The position numbers and the translations under genes were made by a program. Of a DNA stretch of 64,000 nt, positions 1-10,779 are shown piece by piece. Source of the stretch: Lentimicrobiaceae bacterium (GTDB lineage Bacteria; Bacteroidota; Bacteroidia; Bacteroidales; JALOCA01); assembly GCA_023227965.1 (NCBI GenBank), contig JALOCA010000005.1:36948-100947 (forward strand), read 5' to 3'. The notes under the pieces were generated by a model. The model ran no database searches, had not been told where the DNA came from, and saw only the letters and a program-made list of their open reading frames with translations. The stretch's first letter is position 1. The number at the start of each line of letters is the position of its first letter.

Positions 1-1
1 A

Positions 2-2275
2 CACTTTGTGGGAATGGTAGCCGGCTTTCTGAATAATCAATCGGATGCACTGTTATTTAAGAATCAGGAAGTAATTCAGCAAACTCGCTCGGCACTTACG
101 AAATCGGAACTGTTATACCAAACACTGATAAATAATGCAAACGACGGAATCTTTATTACGCAGGATAACGTTTTTAAATTTGTAAATGCCTCTTTTTGTG
201 AAATTACGGGTTATACAGAAAACGAACTGATAAATAAGCCTTTTAACGATCTCATTATTCCCGAAGATCATCAAAAACTGATGGAAATCCATTTAAAAAG
301 GATGAGAGGCGAAAAAGTACCCAGCATTTATTCTACCCAAGGAGTAGCCAAAGACGGAAGAAAAATTCATCTTGAATTTAACAGCAATACCATTGAGTTG
401 GACGGACGCCCTGCTTCATTTGTTATCATGCGTGATGAAACGCAGCATATTCTATCAGAGCAAGCAATTAAAGAAAGCGAAGAAAAATACAAATTGCTCG
501 TAGAAAGGGCTAACGATGGAATTGTCATTCTTCAGGATGGAATAGTTGTATTTATCAACCAAATGATGGCAAATATTCTGGGATTTGAAGTTACAAATAT
601 GCTCAATACCCCTTTTATAAATTATCTTGCGCCCGAAGAAGTGGAAAGAATATATCAATACTATTTACAACGGCTGGCAGGTATTTCAGTTCCATCAATT
701 TATGAATCGGTGCTCGTTGACAAATCCAGGATACTTAAAGCCGTAGAGTTCAACAGCAGCATTATTAATTTCAAGGGCAAGCCAGCCACGCAGGTATTTA
801 TCCGTGATATCACCGAACGGAAAAATGCCGAACAAGCATTGAAGGAAAGTGAAGTTCGCTACAGAGAAATGGCAGACTTCCTCCCACAAATGATTTATGA
901 AGTAAATATTGATGGAACCGTTTCCTTTATCAACAGAACTGGTATCGAACAAATCGGGTATTCGTACGATGAAATCCTGCAGGGTATTCACATTTCGCAA
1001 TTCGTAATTCCGGAACAACGTAAAGAACTATTAGAAAACCTTAAGGCGACTCTACTGGGTGGAGAACCAAGCAAAGCAAAAGAATTCACTGCCTTACGAA
1101 AAGATGGAAGTACATTCCCCATAATGGTTTATGATTCTCCTATTTACAAAAAAGGGGTTGTGGTTGGCAACCGGGGAACCGTGGCGGATATTTCTCTCAG
1201 GAAAAAAGCAGAAGAAGAACTAAGAAATGTAAACCAACGGCTTACTTTCCACATCTATAAAACTCCGCTTGCTTATATTGAGTGGAATTCAACCTTAGAA
1301 GTGGTGGAATGGAATCCGACAGCAGAAAAGATTTTTGGATTTACGCATTCCGAAGCCATAGGAAAACATGCGTACGATTTAATTGTCCCGGAAGAAATAA
1401 AAGACACTATCAACGAAGTTCTTGACGATATCATTAACGAAAAAGGGGGCGCATTTAATGTAAACGAAAATATTACCAAAGATGGAAAGATAATCATCTG
1501 TCAATGGTACAATACTCCGTTAAAAGACCATAACGGTAAGGTTATAGGTTTGGCTTCGTTGGTTCAGGATATTACACAACGTAAACAATTAGAAGCGGAA
1601 TTAGAAAAAACACTAGCAACCCTCGAAAAAAAGCATATGGCAACGGTAGAAAAAATGCAAAGTTACTTTACCGAACTTCAAATAAAAAAGAACGAGTTGC
1701 TGCATATGCAAAAAGAAAACCTTCAAAGCCAATTCGAAACACTTAAAAACCAGGTAAACCCTCATTTTTTATTCAATAGCCTGAACGTGCTGGCTTCGCT
1801 AATCAGCGTTGACCCCGATCTTGCAGAACAATTTACCGGCAAACTATCAAAAATTTACCGCTACGTTCTTGAACATAAATCTGATGACCTAGTATCGCTC
1901 CAAACGGAAGTGGATTTTCTGAATGCCTATGTTTTTCTACTTAGCATCCGTTTTTCCAACAAACTTGTTGTAAATATTTCCATACCCGACGACAAATCCG
2001 AGCTTACCCTCCCCCCTCTTGCCTTGCAATTACTTATCGAAAATGCTATAAAACACAACGTTTTTTCTACAAAATCACCATTAATCATTGATATATTTAT
2101 TGACAGCGAAAACTATCTTAACATTGTAAACAATTTACAAAAACGTGAACAACATATTGAAACAACCCATATAGGTTTAGTAAATATTGCTAACCGGTAT
2201 CGTTTTTTCACTGATAAACCCACCCAATTTGGTATAGAAGGCGATAAATTTATCGCACGAATTCCGCTTATTTAA
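2..2275 (+). CDS. Multi-PAS sensor histidine kinase, LytS/YehU-type; probably 5'-truncated by the window edge
   Basis: The frame is open back to nt 2 with no upstream stop. Four PAS-like modules are visible (e.g. 'NANDGIFITQD..FVNASFCEITGY', 'RANDGIVILQDG..', 'MIYEVNIDGTVSFINRTG..', 'AYIEWNSTLEVVEWNPTAEKIFGF'). The C-terminus has the 'NPHFLFNSLN' H-box and 'LLIENAIKHN' N-box typical of LytS-family kinases. A LytTR regulator starts 17 nt downstream. Confidence 0.85.
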   Translation, partial: HFVGMVAGFLNNQSDALLFKNQEVIQQTRSALTKSELLYQTLINNANDGIFITQDNVFKFVNASFCEITGYTENELINKPFNDLIIPEDHQKLMEIHLKRMRGEKVPSIYSTQGVAKDGRKIHLEFNSNTIELDGRPASFVIMRDETQHILSEQAIKESEEKYKLLVERANDGIVILQDGIVVFINQMMANILGFEVTNMLNTPFINYLAPEEVERIYQYYLQRLAGISVPSIYESVLVDKSRILKAVEFNSSIINFKGKPATQVFIRDITERKNAEQALKESEVRYREMADFLPQMIYEVNIDGTVSFINRTGIEQIGYSYDEILQGIHISQFVIPEQRKELLENLKATLLGGEPSKAKEFTALRKDGSTFPIMVYDSPIYKKGVVVGNRGTVADISLRKKAEEELRNVNQRLTFHIYKTPLAYIEWNSTLEVVEWNPTAEKIFGFTHSEAIGKHAYDLIVPEEIKDTINEVLDDIINEKGGAFNVNENITKDGKIIICQWYNTPLKDHNGKVIGLASLVQDITQRKQLEAELEKTLATLEKKHMATVEKMQSYFTELQIKKNELLHMQKENLQSQFETLKNQVNPHFLFNSLNVLASLISVDPDLAEQFTGKLSKIYRYVLEHKSDDLVSLQTEVDFLNAYVFLLSIRFSNKLVVNISIPDDKSELTLPPLALQLLIENAIKHNVFSTKSPLIIDIFIDSENYLNIVNNLQKREQHIETTHIGLVNIANRYRFFTDKPTQFGIEGDKFIARIPLI

Positions 2276-2292
2276 CCTTTAATTTTTTCGCC

Positions 2293-3051
2293 ATGCAAAT
2301 CGTAATAATAGAAGATGAAAAATTAGCCGCTAATTACCTTGAAAAAATGATTTTAAAGTTTGATAATAACATCAAAGTATTAGCCAAGCCGGAATCTGTT
2401 GAAGAAGCCATTACCTGGTTTACAACCCACAAAGAGCCTGATCTGATTTTTTTGGATATTCATCTTGAAGACGGACTGAGTTTTTCCATCTTTGAAAAGG
2501 TTTCCGTTAAATCTCCTATAATTTTTACTACGGCGTATGACGAGTATGCCATTAAAGCTTTTTCATTGAAAAGCATTGATTATCTGCTTAAACCTATACA
2601 ACAGGAAGAACTTAACAGAAGCATAGAAAAATACAGGGAGTGGAATTCGGCAAATACGAAAGAAATAAATATTCAAGAATTGTACGATCTTCTTTCGGCT
2701 AAAAATCCGAATTATAAAGAACGTTTTTCAATACATGTTGGGCAAAAAATAAGAACTATTTCTGTTGACGACATTGCCTATTTTTATTCAGAAGAGAGCA
2801 TAACATTCGTGGTAACCAACGATAAAGCTGAATATGCCTTAGATTACAGTCTCGAAGAATTAGGTGAGATGTTGAATCCCAAAGATTTTTTCCGTATCAA
2901 CCGGCAGTACCTCATTAAGCTGAAAGCAATTAAAAACATCCATGTTTTCCCGAAAAGCCGGTTAAAAATTGAGCTAAATCCCCCTGCTGCAAAAGAAGTT
3001 TTTGTCAGTATTGATAAAATTACCCGTTTCAAACAATGGTTAAATACCTGA
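2293..3051 (+). CDS. LytTR-family response regulator (receiver + LytTR DNA-binding domain)
   Basis: N-terminal receiver ('IVIIEDE..', 'DLIFLDIHLEDG', 'IIFTTAYDEYA'). C-terminal LytTR domain ('IAYFYSEESITFVV', 'FFRINRQYLIKL'). Adjacent to the LytS-type kinase. Confidence 0.9.
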   Translation: MQIVIIEDEKLAANYLEKMILKFDNNIKVLAKPESVEEAITWFTTHKEPDLIFLDIHLEDGLSFSIFEKVSVKSPIIFTTAYDEYAIKAFSLKSIDYLLKPIQQEELNRSIEKYREWNSANTKEINIQELYDLLSAKNPNYKERFSIHVGQKIRTISVDDIAYFYSEESITFVVTNDKAEYALDYSLEELGEMLNPKDFFRINRQYLIKLKAIKNIHVFPKSRLKIELNPPAAKEVFVSIDKITRFKQWLNT

Positions 3052-3081
3052 AAATAAAAAATCCGGTAAGAACCGGATTTA
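3051..3081. terminator. Bidirectional intrinsic terminator between the LytTR gene and frr
   Basis: Hairpin atccggt-aaga-accggat (3061-3078). It is flanked by an A-run on the plus strand, which reads as a T-run on the minus strand after frr. Confidence 0.6.
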
Positions 3082-3112
3082 ATCACAATTTATTCTTTTA
3101 CGAAGCAACAGT

Positions 3113-3676
3113 TTATACTGTCATGATATCCTTTTCTTTGGCTTCAACAATTTTATCAATTTTTAAAATATAGCCATCGGTGGTGGTTTGAATGTCTTTT
3201 TCGAGATTTTTTATTTCATCTTCGGGGATACCTTCTTTTTCGAGATTTTTTGCAGATTCATTGGCTTGCCTGCGGATATTTCTGATACTTACGCGGGCAA
3301 TTTCTCCCTCATTTTTTACACGTTTTACCATTTCTTTACGGCGTTCCTCTGTTGGCGGGGGAACATTGATTCGCAAAATTTCACCATTGTTTTGCGGATT
3401 AAAACCTAGATTGGCTGCCATAATGGCTTTTTCTATAGGAACCAACATGTTTTTTTCCCAAGGCTGAACAATAATTTGCCGGGGGTCGGGAGTGTTAATA
3501 TTGGCTATTTGTTCAATAGGAGTAGGTGCACCATAATAATCCACCTTTACCCCTTCCAGCATTTGAGGGTTGGCTTTTCCTGCACGTATTTTATGTAATT
3601 CGCGCTCGAGGTGTGCAAGTGCATTTTGCATTCCTTCTTTGGCTTCTTCCAGTATAAACAGAGTTTCTTCGTTCAT
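3113..3676 (-). CDS. frr: Ribosome recycling factor
   Basis: 187 aa with the typical RRF pattern ('KIRAGKANPQMLEGVKVDYYG', 'IRNIRRQANE'). Sits in the conserved pyrH-frr pair. Confidence 0.95.
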   Translation of the reverse strand: MNEETLFILEEAKEGMQNALAHLERELHKIRAGKANPQMLEGVKVDYYGAPTPIEQIANINTPDPRQIIVQPWEKNMLVPIEKAIMAANLGFNPQNNGEILRINVPPPTEERRKEMVKRVKNEGEIARVSIRNIRRQANESAKNLEKEGIPEDEIKNLEKDIQTTTDGYILKIDKIVEAKEKDIMTV

Positions 3677-3733
3677 GGTACTGTGATTGAATTGTGCAAA
3701 AATAAATAAAGCTTTTTTATTTTTTGCTATCTT

Positions 3734-4438
3734 TTAATACACCAATGAACCAATTTTTTCACCGGATACAATTTTTTTCAGATTTCCGGGGGTATTCATA
3801 TCGAAAACAATTATGGGCATATTATTTTCACGGCAGAGGGTAAATGCTGTTAAATCCATAATATTTAGCCCCTTTGCATATGCTTCATCAAAACGAAGAG
3901 TCGCAAATTTGGTTGCTGTGGGGTCTTTTTCCGGATCGGCGGTATACACACCGTCAACGCGGGTACCTTTCAATATAACATCGGCTTTGATTTCGATTGC
4001 GCGAAGTGAAGCTGCAGTATCGGTTGTGAAATAAGGATTTCCGGTTCCCCCGCCTATAATTACCACATGTGAAGATTCAAGATATTCTATTGCTTTGCTG
4101 CGGCTCATGGCTTCTGCTATGGGCTGGATGGCAATCCCGGAAAGTAATTTTGTATTTACCCCCATAGATTGCAATGCCGACTGCAGAGCCATGCTGTTGA
4201 TAACGGTAGCAAGCATGCCCATATAATCGCCCTGTACACGGTCATATCCTTCCGAACTTCCTTTTAATCCCCTGAAAATATTACCTCCGCCTATTACTAT
4301 AGCAACCTGTACTTTTTCATTAGCAATGGACTTTATATCACAGGCATATTGTTCAAGTCTTTCTGTATCAATACCATATTGTTTATTACCCATAAGGGCT
4401 TCACCGCTGAGTTTTAATAAAATTCTTTTGTACAACAT
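3734..4438 (-). CDS. pyrH: UMP kinase
   Basis: '[11 protein letters not shown]', '[10 protein letters not shown]' and '[13 protein letters not shown]' motifs. Lies upstream of frr. Confidence 0.95.
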   Translation of the reverse strand: MLYKRILLKLSGEALMGNKQYGIDTERLEQYACDIKSIANEKVQVAIVIGGGNIFRGLKGSSEGYDRVQGDYMGMLATVINSMALQSALQSMGVNTKLLSGIAIQPIAEAMSRSKAIEYLESSHVVIIGGGTGNPYFTTDTAASLRAIEIKADVILKGTRVDGVYTADPEKDPTATKFATLRFDEAYAKGLNIMDLTAFTLCRENNMPIIVFDMNTPGNLKKIVSGEKIGSLVY

Positions 4439-4497
4439 TTTTTAATCTTTATTGTGTATTGGTAAATTTTGGGCGCTTGCTTGTTATTAGTTGTTGG

Positions 4498-6480
4498 TTA
4501 TTTGATCAGGCATATTTTTCGGGTTTCTATTCCTTTATTTGTTTGTATTCTTATAAAATAGGTTCCGCCAACCAGATTTTGTGTATGCATTTTATGGATA
4601 TACATTCCTTTAGATATGTTACCTTTATATATATCTGCAACTTTGTTTCCCATCATGTTGAAAATGGCTACATCAACAATAGTAGGATTTTTTATTTCAT
4701 ACGTAACAACAAATGCTGAGGAAGCGGGATTGGGGAAAACGGAAAGATTGCAGGTTTCGGAGTTAATCGGGATGGTGATTCCTGAAATGTCAACTGAATA
4801 TTGCAGATGCAGGCAGTAGCCGGTTAAATTGCCATAATCTCCGGGTCCGTTATCGCTTACTTTAAGTAGCCAATTACCATTTACGGGCTCACCGTCGAAA
4901 ACAGTTAAAGGTTCTTCGGGGGTAAAACTTCCGGTGTAAGGAGGATATCCGTTTGTAATAGCTACTGAGGCTTCGTCGTCGAACACGGTTTGTATGTATG
5001 CATTGGCATTGCCTCCGTTTCCGTTGCTAAGCGCTACTTCGTTTCCTTCGGGTGAAAGGACGGCAATATCCAAATCGCCGATATAGGTATGGTCAATAGA
5101 TATTTCGACATTTACATCAAAAACAACTCCCTGTACATTAACGGGAATAGTATCGTAAGTTACTTCCTGGTCGGTAAGGGAAACCGGAATATTCTCAGAA
5201 CAGAATGTGTTGGATACAATATTTGCTACCTGATAAATAAATACATCCTCCGGAGATTGTGTACCAGGAGGGTTCAACCCTTTTCCTCCGCCAGGCAGGG
5301 TAGCCACAAAATTAGTTGCCAAATCCTGCAGGGCAAAATAATATTTTACAGTAGTTCCTATGGGTTGCCCGGGTAAAGTGTAAGTATAGTTATTTTGTTT
5401 TGTTTGCGTGGCATGTAGTACATTATAATCCTGGTTGTTTACAGAATAGTATAACAGTGGATCATTAGGAGATTGGGCAACTGGGTAAGAAGAGGTAACG
5501 GCAAAAACAGCCTGGCGGGCAGAGGTATCGTTCCCCGAAATTAGAGGCGTATGTTGTATGTCAACGCTATAGTCACATGCAAAGGCAGCCATTGTTGCTA
5601 CGGCTGCCTGTACCATTGTTTTAAAATAGGGAACATTGATAGTTTCAAACTTGTCGTTAGTGGTATGGTAATACGCATTGAAATCATCCATATTTTCTAT
5701 GGAAAGTAATGCGGGGTAGCCCTGATCCCAAAAAGAGGAATGGTCGCTTGCAGTGACATACATTTCACTTTCTGAGAGCTGAGGTGTATAATTTCTTAAA
5801 ACGGAAGAAAACTTATCTGACAGTTCCTGTGACTGGTCGTCAACAGCTACCGAGAGTTTGAAATCGTTATCCGAATCCCATGCAATCATATCAAGATTAA
5901 GAACGCCAAGTATTTCTGCACCTGCATTTTTTACTGAATCGGCATAGTATGCACTCCCCACCAAACCTATTTCTTCGGCATCCCAAGCAGCAAAAATTAA
6001 TGTATAGTCGAAATTATGGGGCGAAAGTAATCGTGCTGCTTCTATTACAGCAACGGTTCCTGAGGCATTGTCGTCGCAGCCCGGGGCAAGACTTCCCGAA
6101 GGCATATCGTCGTAATGCGCACAAATAATGAATTGCTTTTCGGGATAGAGTGTCCCGGGTTTTACAGCAATAATATTGGTTCCGCCACTTTGAAAATTCT
6201 GATAGTAAGGCGATAATCCGGAACTTTCAAATTTTTCAAAAATGTATTGTGCAGCTTTTGCATTTTGCGGAGAGGAATAATAGCGCGAAGTTATTGTATA
6301 AGGCTGACCACCAATCAGTGTAGAGGTATCTCCGCTAAGTTCCCTCACCGTAAGTGAAACGCTTTGTTCCGTAACAAGCCGGCTGATGGAATCAATCCGA
6401 GGGCTGTATCCGTATTGGGCAAAAGAAAAAAGATGTATACTAAAAACAAGCAAAAAGGAATACAATATTTTGTACTTCAT
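4498..6480 (-). CDS. Secreted M28-family aminopeptidase with a proprotein-convertase P-domain and a T9SS C-terminal sorting domain
   Basis: Signal peptide present. M28 metal-ligand blocks ('CAHYDDM', 'GCDDNASG', 'AAWDAEEIGLVGS', 'YHTTNDK'). P-domain-like block ('HTYIGDLDIAVLSPEG..GNWLLKVSDNGPGDYGNL'). C-terminal ~80 aa 'FPNPASS..' beta-sandwich typical of a T9SS CTD. Confidence 0.85.
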   Translation of the reverse strand: MKYKILYSFLLVFSIHLFSFAQYGYSPRIDSISRLVTEQSVSLTVRELSGDTSTLIGGQPYTITSRYYSSPQNAKAAQYIFEKFESSGLSPYYQNFQSGGTNIIAVKPGTLYPEKQFIICAHYDDMPSGSLAPGCDDNASGTVAVIEAARLLSPHNFDYTLIFAAWDAEEIGLVGSAYYADSVKNAGAEILGVLNLDMIAWDSDNDFKLSVAVDDQSQELSDKFSSVLRNYTPQLSESEMYVTASDHSSFWDQGYPALLSIENMDDFNAYYHTTNDKFETINVPYFKTMVQAAVATMAAFACDYSVDIQHTPLISGNDTSARQAVFAVTSSYPVAQSPNDPLLYYSVNNQDYNVLHATQTKQNNYTYTLPGQPIGTTVKYYFALQDLATNFVATLPGGGKGLNPPGTQSPEDVFIYQVANIVSNTFCSENIPVSLTDQEVTYDTIPVNVQGVVFDVNVEISIDHTYIGDLDIAVLSPEGNEVALSNGNGGNANAYIQTVFDDEASVAITNGYPPYTGSFTPEEPLTVFDGEPVNGNWLLKVSDNGPGDYGNLTGYCLHLQYSVDISGITIPINSETCNLSVFPNPASSAFVVTYEIKNPTIVDVAIFNMMGNKVADIYKGNISKGMYIHKMHTQNLVGGTYFIRIQTNKGIETRKICLIK

Positions 6481-6490
6481 ACACAGTAAA

Positions 6491-6934
6491 TTAAAATTTA
6501 GGAATAAAAGGAGTATAGGGGTCTGGCAATTTTTCGAACATTACTAAAAACTTTTTTATTTGGTCGTCAACTGGGAATGAACTGTAAAAGTAATAGGAAA
6601 TACCGCCACGCATCCCGATACGGAGTGTATCCTGGGTAATAAAAAAATGCCGGGTTGAATCGGAGTCATGCCGTTCAATCCGGAAGCTATTGGATTGTCC
6701 GGTAATTCTGTAAATTTTCCAGACGTTTAATGAATCAAAAATGATGGTAGCCCTACTCTCAACATAGGATTTTAGTGGAATATATAAAATAAATTTATCC
6801 GGAGGGTTTGTAATATCGGCATAATTTGAAAAAATGGGGATGTCTTTGTACAAGCTGCTGCTTTCATCGTTGCATGAATACCAACACACTACTGAACAAC
6901 TCAGCAAAAGTGCTGCTAAAAGGATACGTTTCAT
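6491..6934 (-). CDS. Hypothetical lipoprotein
   Basis: 147-aa ORF with signal peptide and Cys ('LLLSCSVVCWYSC'). It starts 10 nt after the stop of the M28 peptidase gene, on the same strand. No family recognised. Confidence 0.55.
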   Translation of the reverse strand: MKRILLAALLLSCSVVCWYSCNDESSSLYKDIPIFSNYADITNPPDKFILYIPLKSYVESRATIIFDSLNVWKIYRITGQSNSFRIERHDSDSTRHFFITQDTLRIGMRGGISYYFYSSFPVDDQIKKFLVMFEKLPDPYTPFIPKF

Positions 6935-6979
6935 AGCTTTTCGTACAATAAATAGTTTTACGGGCTAAAGATAGTTTTT

Positions 6980-9900
6980 TTATTCTTCGCTTCCGTGGCA
7001 GTTTTTGTATTTTTTTCCACTTCCACAAGGGCAAGGTTCGTTTCTTCCAATTTTTTTCTCAACATGGACAGGCTGCGAAGCATGTTGTTCCTGTGTATTT
7101 CGTGCGGCAGCAGGCAAATCTGTACGTTCCTCTTTCATCCGGCTACGGTCGGTACTATGAGGAACATGTGCTTCTCTTACATTGCCTTCTTCGACGGGCA
7201 TTTTATATTTTACCAAAAAAGAGATTACATCTTTATTGATTTTTTGTACCAGGTTTTTAAAGAGTTCAAATGCTTCGAATTTATAAATCAGCAAGGGGTC
7301 TTTTTGTTCGTAGGTTGCAGTTTGTACTGACTGTTTTAGGTCGTCTACTTCGCGAAGGTGTTCTTTCCAGGCTTCATCAATCACGCTAAGCGTTACCCAT
7401 TTTTCTATCGAGAGTACAATTTCCCTACCGTTGTCTTCGTAAGCTTTTTTCAGGTTGGTAATAACATTCAGCGATTTGTGTCCGTCGGTAACAGGCAGGA
7501 GGATATTTTCGTACTGGTGTTCGTTTTCATATACCTGTTTCACAATAGGAAATGTACGACTGGCAACAACAGCACATTTATCTTTATAATATTTATATAC
7601 TTTTTCAAAAAGTACAGACTGTAGTTCATCGCGATTACCCGAGAAAAATTCTTTTTCATCAAAGGGAGAATCGGTGCCAAAAGTTTTCAGCAGTTCAAGT
7701 CGAAACCCCTCAAAATACCTATTTTCCTGGAAATCGCCAATTATCATTTCGCACACATCGAACATCATATTTTTTATATCGAGGGCAAGACGTTCGCCGA
7801 AGAGGGCGTGGTGTCTTTTTTGGTAGATTACTTCGCGTTGCGAATTCATAACGTCATCGTATTCAAGCAATCGTTTACGAATACCAAAGTTATTTTCTTC
7901 CACTTTCCTCTGTGCCCGTTCAATGGATTTAGTAATCATGGAATGCTGGATGACTTCGCCCTCCTTTAAACCCAGTCTGTCCATAATACCTGCAATACGG
8001 TCGGAACCAAACATTCGCATCAGGTCATCTTCGAGTGAAACGAAAAATTGAGAACTACCTGGGTCGCCCTGGCGTCCGGAACGTCCGCGCAACTGTCTGT
8101 CAACGCGCCGACTTTCGTGTCGTTCGGTACCAAAAATTGCCAACCCTCCGGCTTCTTTTACACCTTTGCCCAATTTTATATCGGTACCACGGCCTGCCAT
8201 ATTGGTTGCTATGGTTACTTTTCCGGCAATACCCGCTTCGAGTACAACCTGTGCTTCGCGTTGATGGAGTTTTGCATTCAATACATTATGCGAAATGTTT
8301 TTACGTTTTAGCATCCGGCTGAGCAATTCGGAAGTTTCTACCGAGGTAGTTCCCACCAGAACAGGGCGTCCTTTTTGTACCAGTGTTTCAATTTCGTCAA
8401 TTACGGAATTAAATTTTTCACGTTTGGTTTTGAATACAAAATCTTCGCGGTCGTCGCGAATTACAGTGCGGTTTGTAGGAATCACCACTACGTCAAGCTT
8501 GTATATATCCCAGAATTCGCCAGCTTCCGTTTCGGCAGTCCCGGTCATACCAGCCAGTTTGCTATACATCCTAAAATAATTTTGCAGGGTAATGGTGGCA
8601 TAAGTTTGCGTGGCTTCTTCCACTTTCACGTTTTCTTTGGCTTCAATAGCCTGATGCAAACCGTCGGAATATCTCCTTCCTTCGAGAATACGACCGGTTT
8701 GTTCGTCCACTATTTTTACCTTGTTATCCATTACCACGTATTCCACATCTTTTTCAAAAAGAGCATAGGCTTTCAATAGCTGATGCACGGTATGCACTCT
8801 GTCGGACTTTACCGAATAATCGGCTAAAAGGCTGTTTTTCTTTTCTAACTTTTCAGGTTCGGAAAGGAGCGATTTTTCCAATTCGGCAATTTCGGCTCCT
8901 ATGTCTGGCAGAATATAAAAATTGGGGTCGTCGTAAGAAGTAGTAATCAGGTCAATTCCTTTTTCGGTGAGGTCAACCGAATTATTTTTTTCATCAATAA
9001 CAAAGAATAACTCATCGTCAATCAGGTGCATATTTTTTTGCTGTTCCTGCAAATAATAGTTTTCGGTTTTGTGCATCAGTACTTTCATACCGGGTTCGCT
9101 GAGGAATTTGATAAGGGCGTTGTATTTGGGTAGCCCTCTGTAAGCCCTGAAAAGAAGCTCACCACCTTTTTTTTCTTCGTCTCCCTGGGGATTTGTAGAT
9201 AAAATTCTCTTGGAATCAGCAAGTAATTGGTTTACGAAACGTTTTTGGGCATCATATAATTTGAGTATCTGGGGTTTTAACTCGTCAAATTCTTGTTTGT
9301 CTCCTTTAGCAGTAGGTCCGGAAATAATCAACGGGGTACGGGCATCATCAATTAAAACAGAGTCCACTTCGTCCACAATAGCGTAATTGTGTTTTCGTTG
9401 CACAAGTTCTTCCGGATTGCGTGTCATATTATCACGGAGATAATCGAATCCGAATTCGTTGTTAGTTCCGTAGGTAATGTCGGCTAAGTAGGCATTTCGT
9501 CTTGCTTCGGAATTAGGCTCGTGCTTGTCAATGCAATCCACCTTCAATCCATGAAATTCTAAAAGCATTCCCATCCATTCAGAGTCACGTTTTGCCAGAT
9601 AGTCGTTTACGGTAACAATATGTACTCCTTTGCCTGGCAAAGCGTTAAGATAAACGGGAAGGGTAGCTACGAGGGTTTTTCCTTCCCCTGTTGCCATTTC
9701 CGAAATTTTACCCTGGTGTAGCACAATTCCTCCTATCAATTGTACATCGTAGTGTACCATATCCCAGGTTATCAGGTTTCCACCTGCCATCCATGAGTTT
9801 TTATAATAGGCTTGGTGTCCGATAATATTTACGTTGTCGCGCACTGCAGCTAAGTCGCGGTCGCGGTCAGTAGCAGAAACAACCACTTCTTCATTTTCTT

Positions 9901-10267
9901 TAAATCTGCGTGCCGTTTCTTTCATTACAGAAAATGCTTCAGGTAAAATTTCGTTCAAAATCTCCTGTGTTTTTCTGTAATTTTCTTTTTCCAGTATGTC
10001 TATCTTCTGATAAATCTTTTCTTTATCATCAATATCCATATCGTATTCGTTTTCAATACGGTTTCTCAACTCGGCAATTTGTCTTTCTTCTTCGGAAACG
10101 AATTGTTGGATTCTTTCACGAAATTCGACAGTTTTATTTCTCAGTTCATCGTTTGTAAGGGGAGCAATAATTTGATAGGCGGCATGGATTTTATCAGTAA
10201 GTGGCATGATTTCTTTTACATCACGATCCGACTTGGTTCCCAGAAATTTTTTTAAGAAACTCAGCAT
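6980..10267 (-). CDS. secA: Preprotein translocase ATPase SecA
   Basis: 1095 aa. Motor motifs '[14 protein letters not shown]', '[19 protein letters not shown]', '[13 protein letters not shown]'. C-terminal zinc finger '[14 protein letters not shown]'. Confidence 0.97.
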   Translation of the reverse strand: MLSFLKKFLGTKSDRDVKEIMPLTDKIHAAYQIIAPLTNDELRNKTVEFRERIQQFVSEEERQIAELRNRIENEYDMDIDDKEKIYQKIDILEKENYRKTQEILNEILPEAFSVMKETARRFKENEEVVVSATDRDRDLAAVRDNVNIIGHQAYYKNSWMAGGNLITWDMVHYDVQLIGGIVLHQGKISEMATGEGKTLVATLPVYLNALPGKGVHIVTVNDYLAKRDSEWMGMLLEFHGLKVDCIDKHEPNSEARRNAYLADITYGTNNEFGFDYLRDNMTRNPEELVQRKHNYAIVDEVDSVLIDDARTPLIISGPTAKGDKQEFDELKPQILKLYDAQKRFVNQLLADSKRILSTNPQGDEEKKGGELLFRAYRGLPKYNALIKFLSEPGMKVLMHKTENYYLQEQQKNMHLIDDELFFVIDEKNNSVDLTEKGIDLITTSYDDPNFYILPDIGAEIAELEKSLLSEPEKLEKKNSLLADYSVKSDRVHTVHQLLKAYALFEKDVEYVVMDNKVKIVDEQTGRILEGRRYSDGLHQAIEAKENVKVEEATQTYATITLQNYFRMYSKLAGMTGTAETEAGEFWDIYKLDVVVIPTNRTVIRDDREDFVFKTKREKFNSVIDEIETLVQKGRPVLVGTTSVETSELLSRMLKRKNISHNVLNAKLHQREAQVVLEAGIAGKVTIATNMAGRGTDIKLGKGVKEAGGLAIFGTERHESRRVDRQLRGRSGRQGDPGSSQFFVSLEDDLMRMFGSDRIAGIMDRLGLKEGEVIQHSMITKSIERAQRKVEENNFGIRKRLLEYDDVMNSQREVIYQKRHHALFGERLALDIKNMMFDVCEMIIGDFQENRYFEGFRLELLKTFGTDSPFDEKEFFSGNRDELQSVLFEKVYKYYKDKCAVVASRTFPIVKQVYENEHQYENILLPVTDGHKSLNVITNLKKAYEDNGREIVLSIEKWVTLSVIDEAWKEHLREVDDLKQSVQTATYEQKDPLLIYKFEAFELFKNLVQKINKDVISFLVKYKMPVEEGNVREAHVPHSTDRSRMKEERTDLPAAARNTQEQHASQPVHVEKKIGRNEPCPCGSGKKYKNCHGSEE

Positions 10268-10415
10268 AATTATAGGTTTAATAGTGCAGAAAGCTGCAAA
10301 TTTAGATTAATTTTTTAACCCTTGCATGAAAACCGTGCCAAAAGCGCAAGTTTGGCAAATTGGCAATAAGTTGGATTGATTACACCCAAAGTCAGCTTAC
10401 GATTTTATCCAATCA

Positions 10416-10459
10416 GGAAAAGGGAAAAACAAATGCGATACTGAGGTGTACCGCATTTG
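10416..10459 (-). terminator. Intrinsic terminator after the DUF2795-like gene
   Basis: 12-bp stem with one mismatch, caaatgcgatac / gtaccgcatttg, with loop tgaggt. On the minus strand it is followed by tttttcccttttcc. Confidence 0.55.
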
Positions 10460-10463
10460 TATC

Positions 10464-10685
10464 TTAGTACTCGTCTTCGTGAAAGAAGAAGTCCTCCTTT
10501 GAGGGATAATCGGGCCAAATGTCCTCGATGCTTTCATAAATTTCACCTTCATCTTCTATTTCCATTAGATTTTCAATAACCTCCATCGGAGCACCTGAGC
10601 GAATGCTGTAATCTATCAGCTCTTCTTTGGTAGCAGGCCATGGAGCATCTTCTAATTTTGAAGCTAATTCAAGTGTCCAGTACAT
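10464..10685 (-). CDS. Small acidic protein, DUF2795-like
   Basis: 73 aa. 'PATKEELIDYSIRSGAPMEVIENL' resembles the DUF2795 pattern. A terminator follows. Confidence 0.65.
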   Translation of the reverse strand: MYWTLELASKLEDAPWPATKEELIDYSIRSGAPMEVIENLMEIEDEGEIYESIEDIWPDYPSKEDFFFHEDEY

Positions 10686-10779
10686 TATGAAGAATTTGGT
10701 TAATTTTTTGCAAAAGTATGATTTTTAATAAATTTTCAATATTTTTTTAAAAAAAAGAATTCAGATTCATGTAAACGAC

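Noticed and set aside
10320-10345. A sigma-54-like 'TGGCACG' on the minus strand upstream of secA.
   Set aside because: The GG-to-GC spacing to the nearest 'TGCA' is 12 nt, not the required 10 nt, so it does not fit a -24/-12 promoter.
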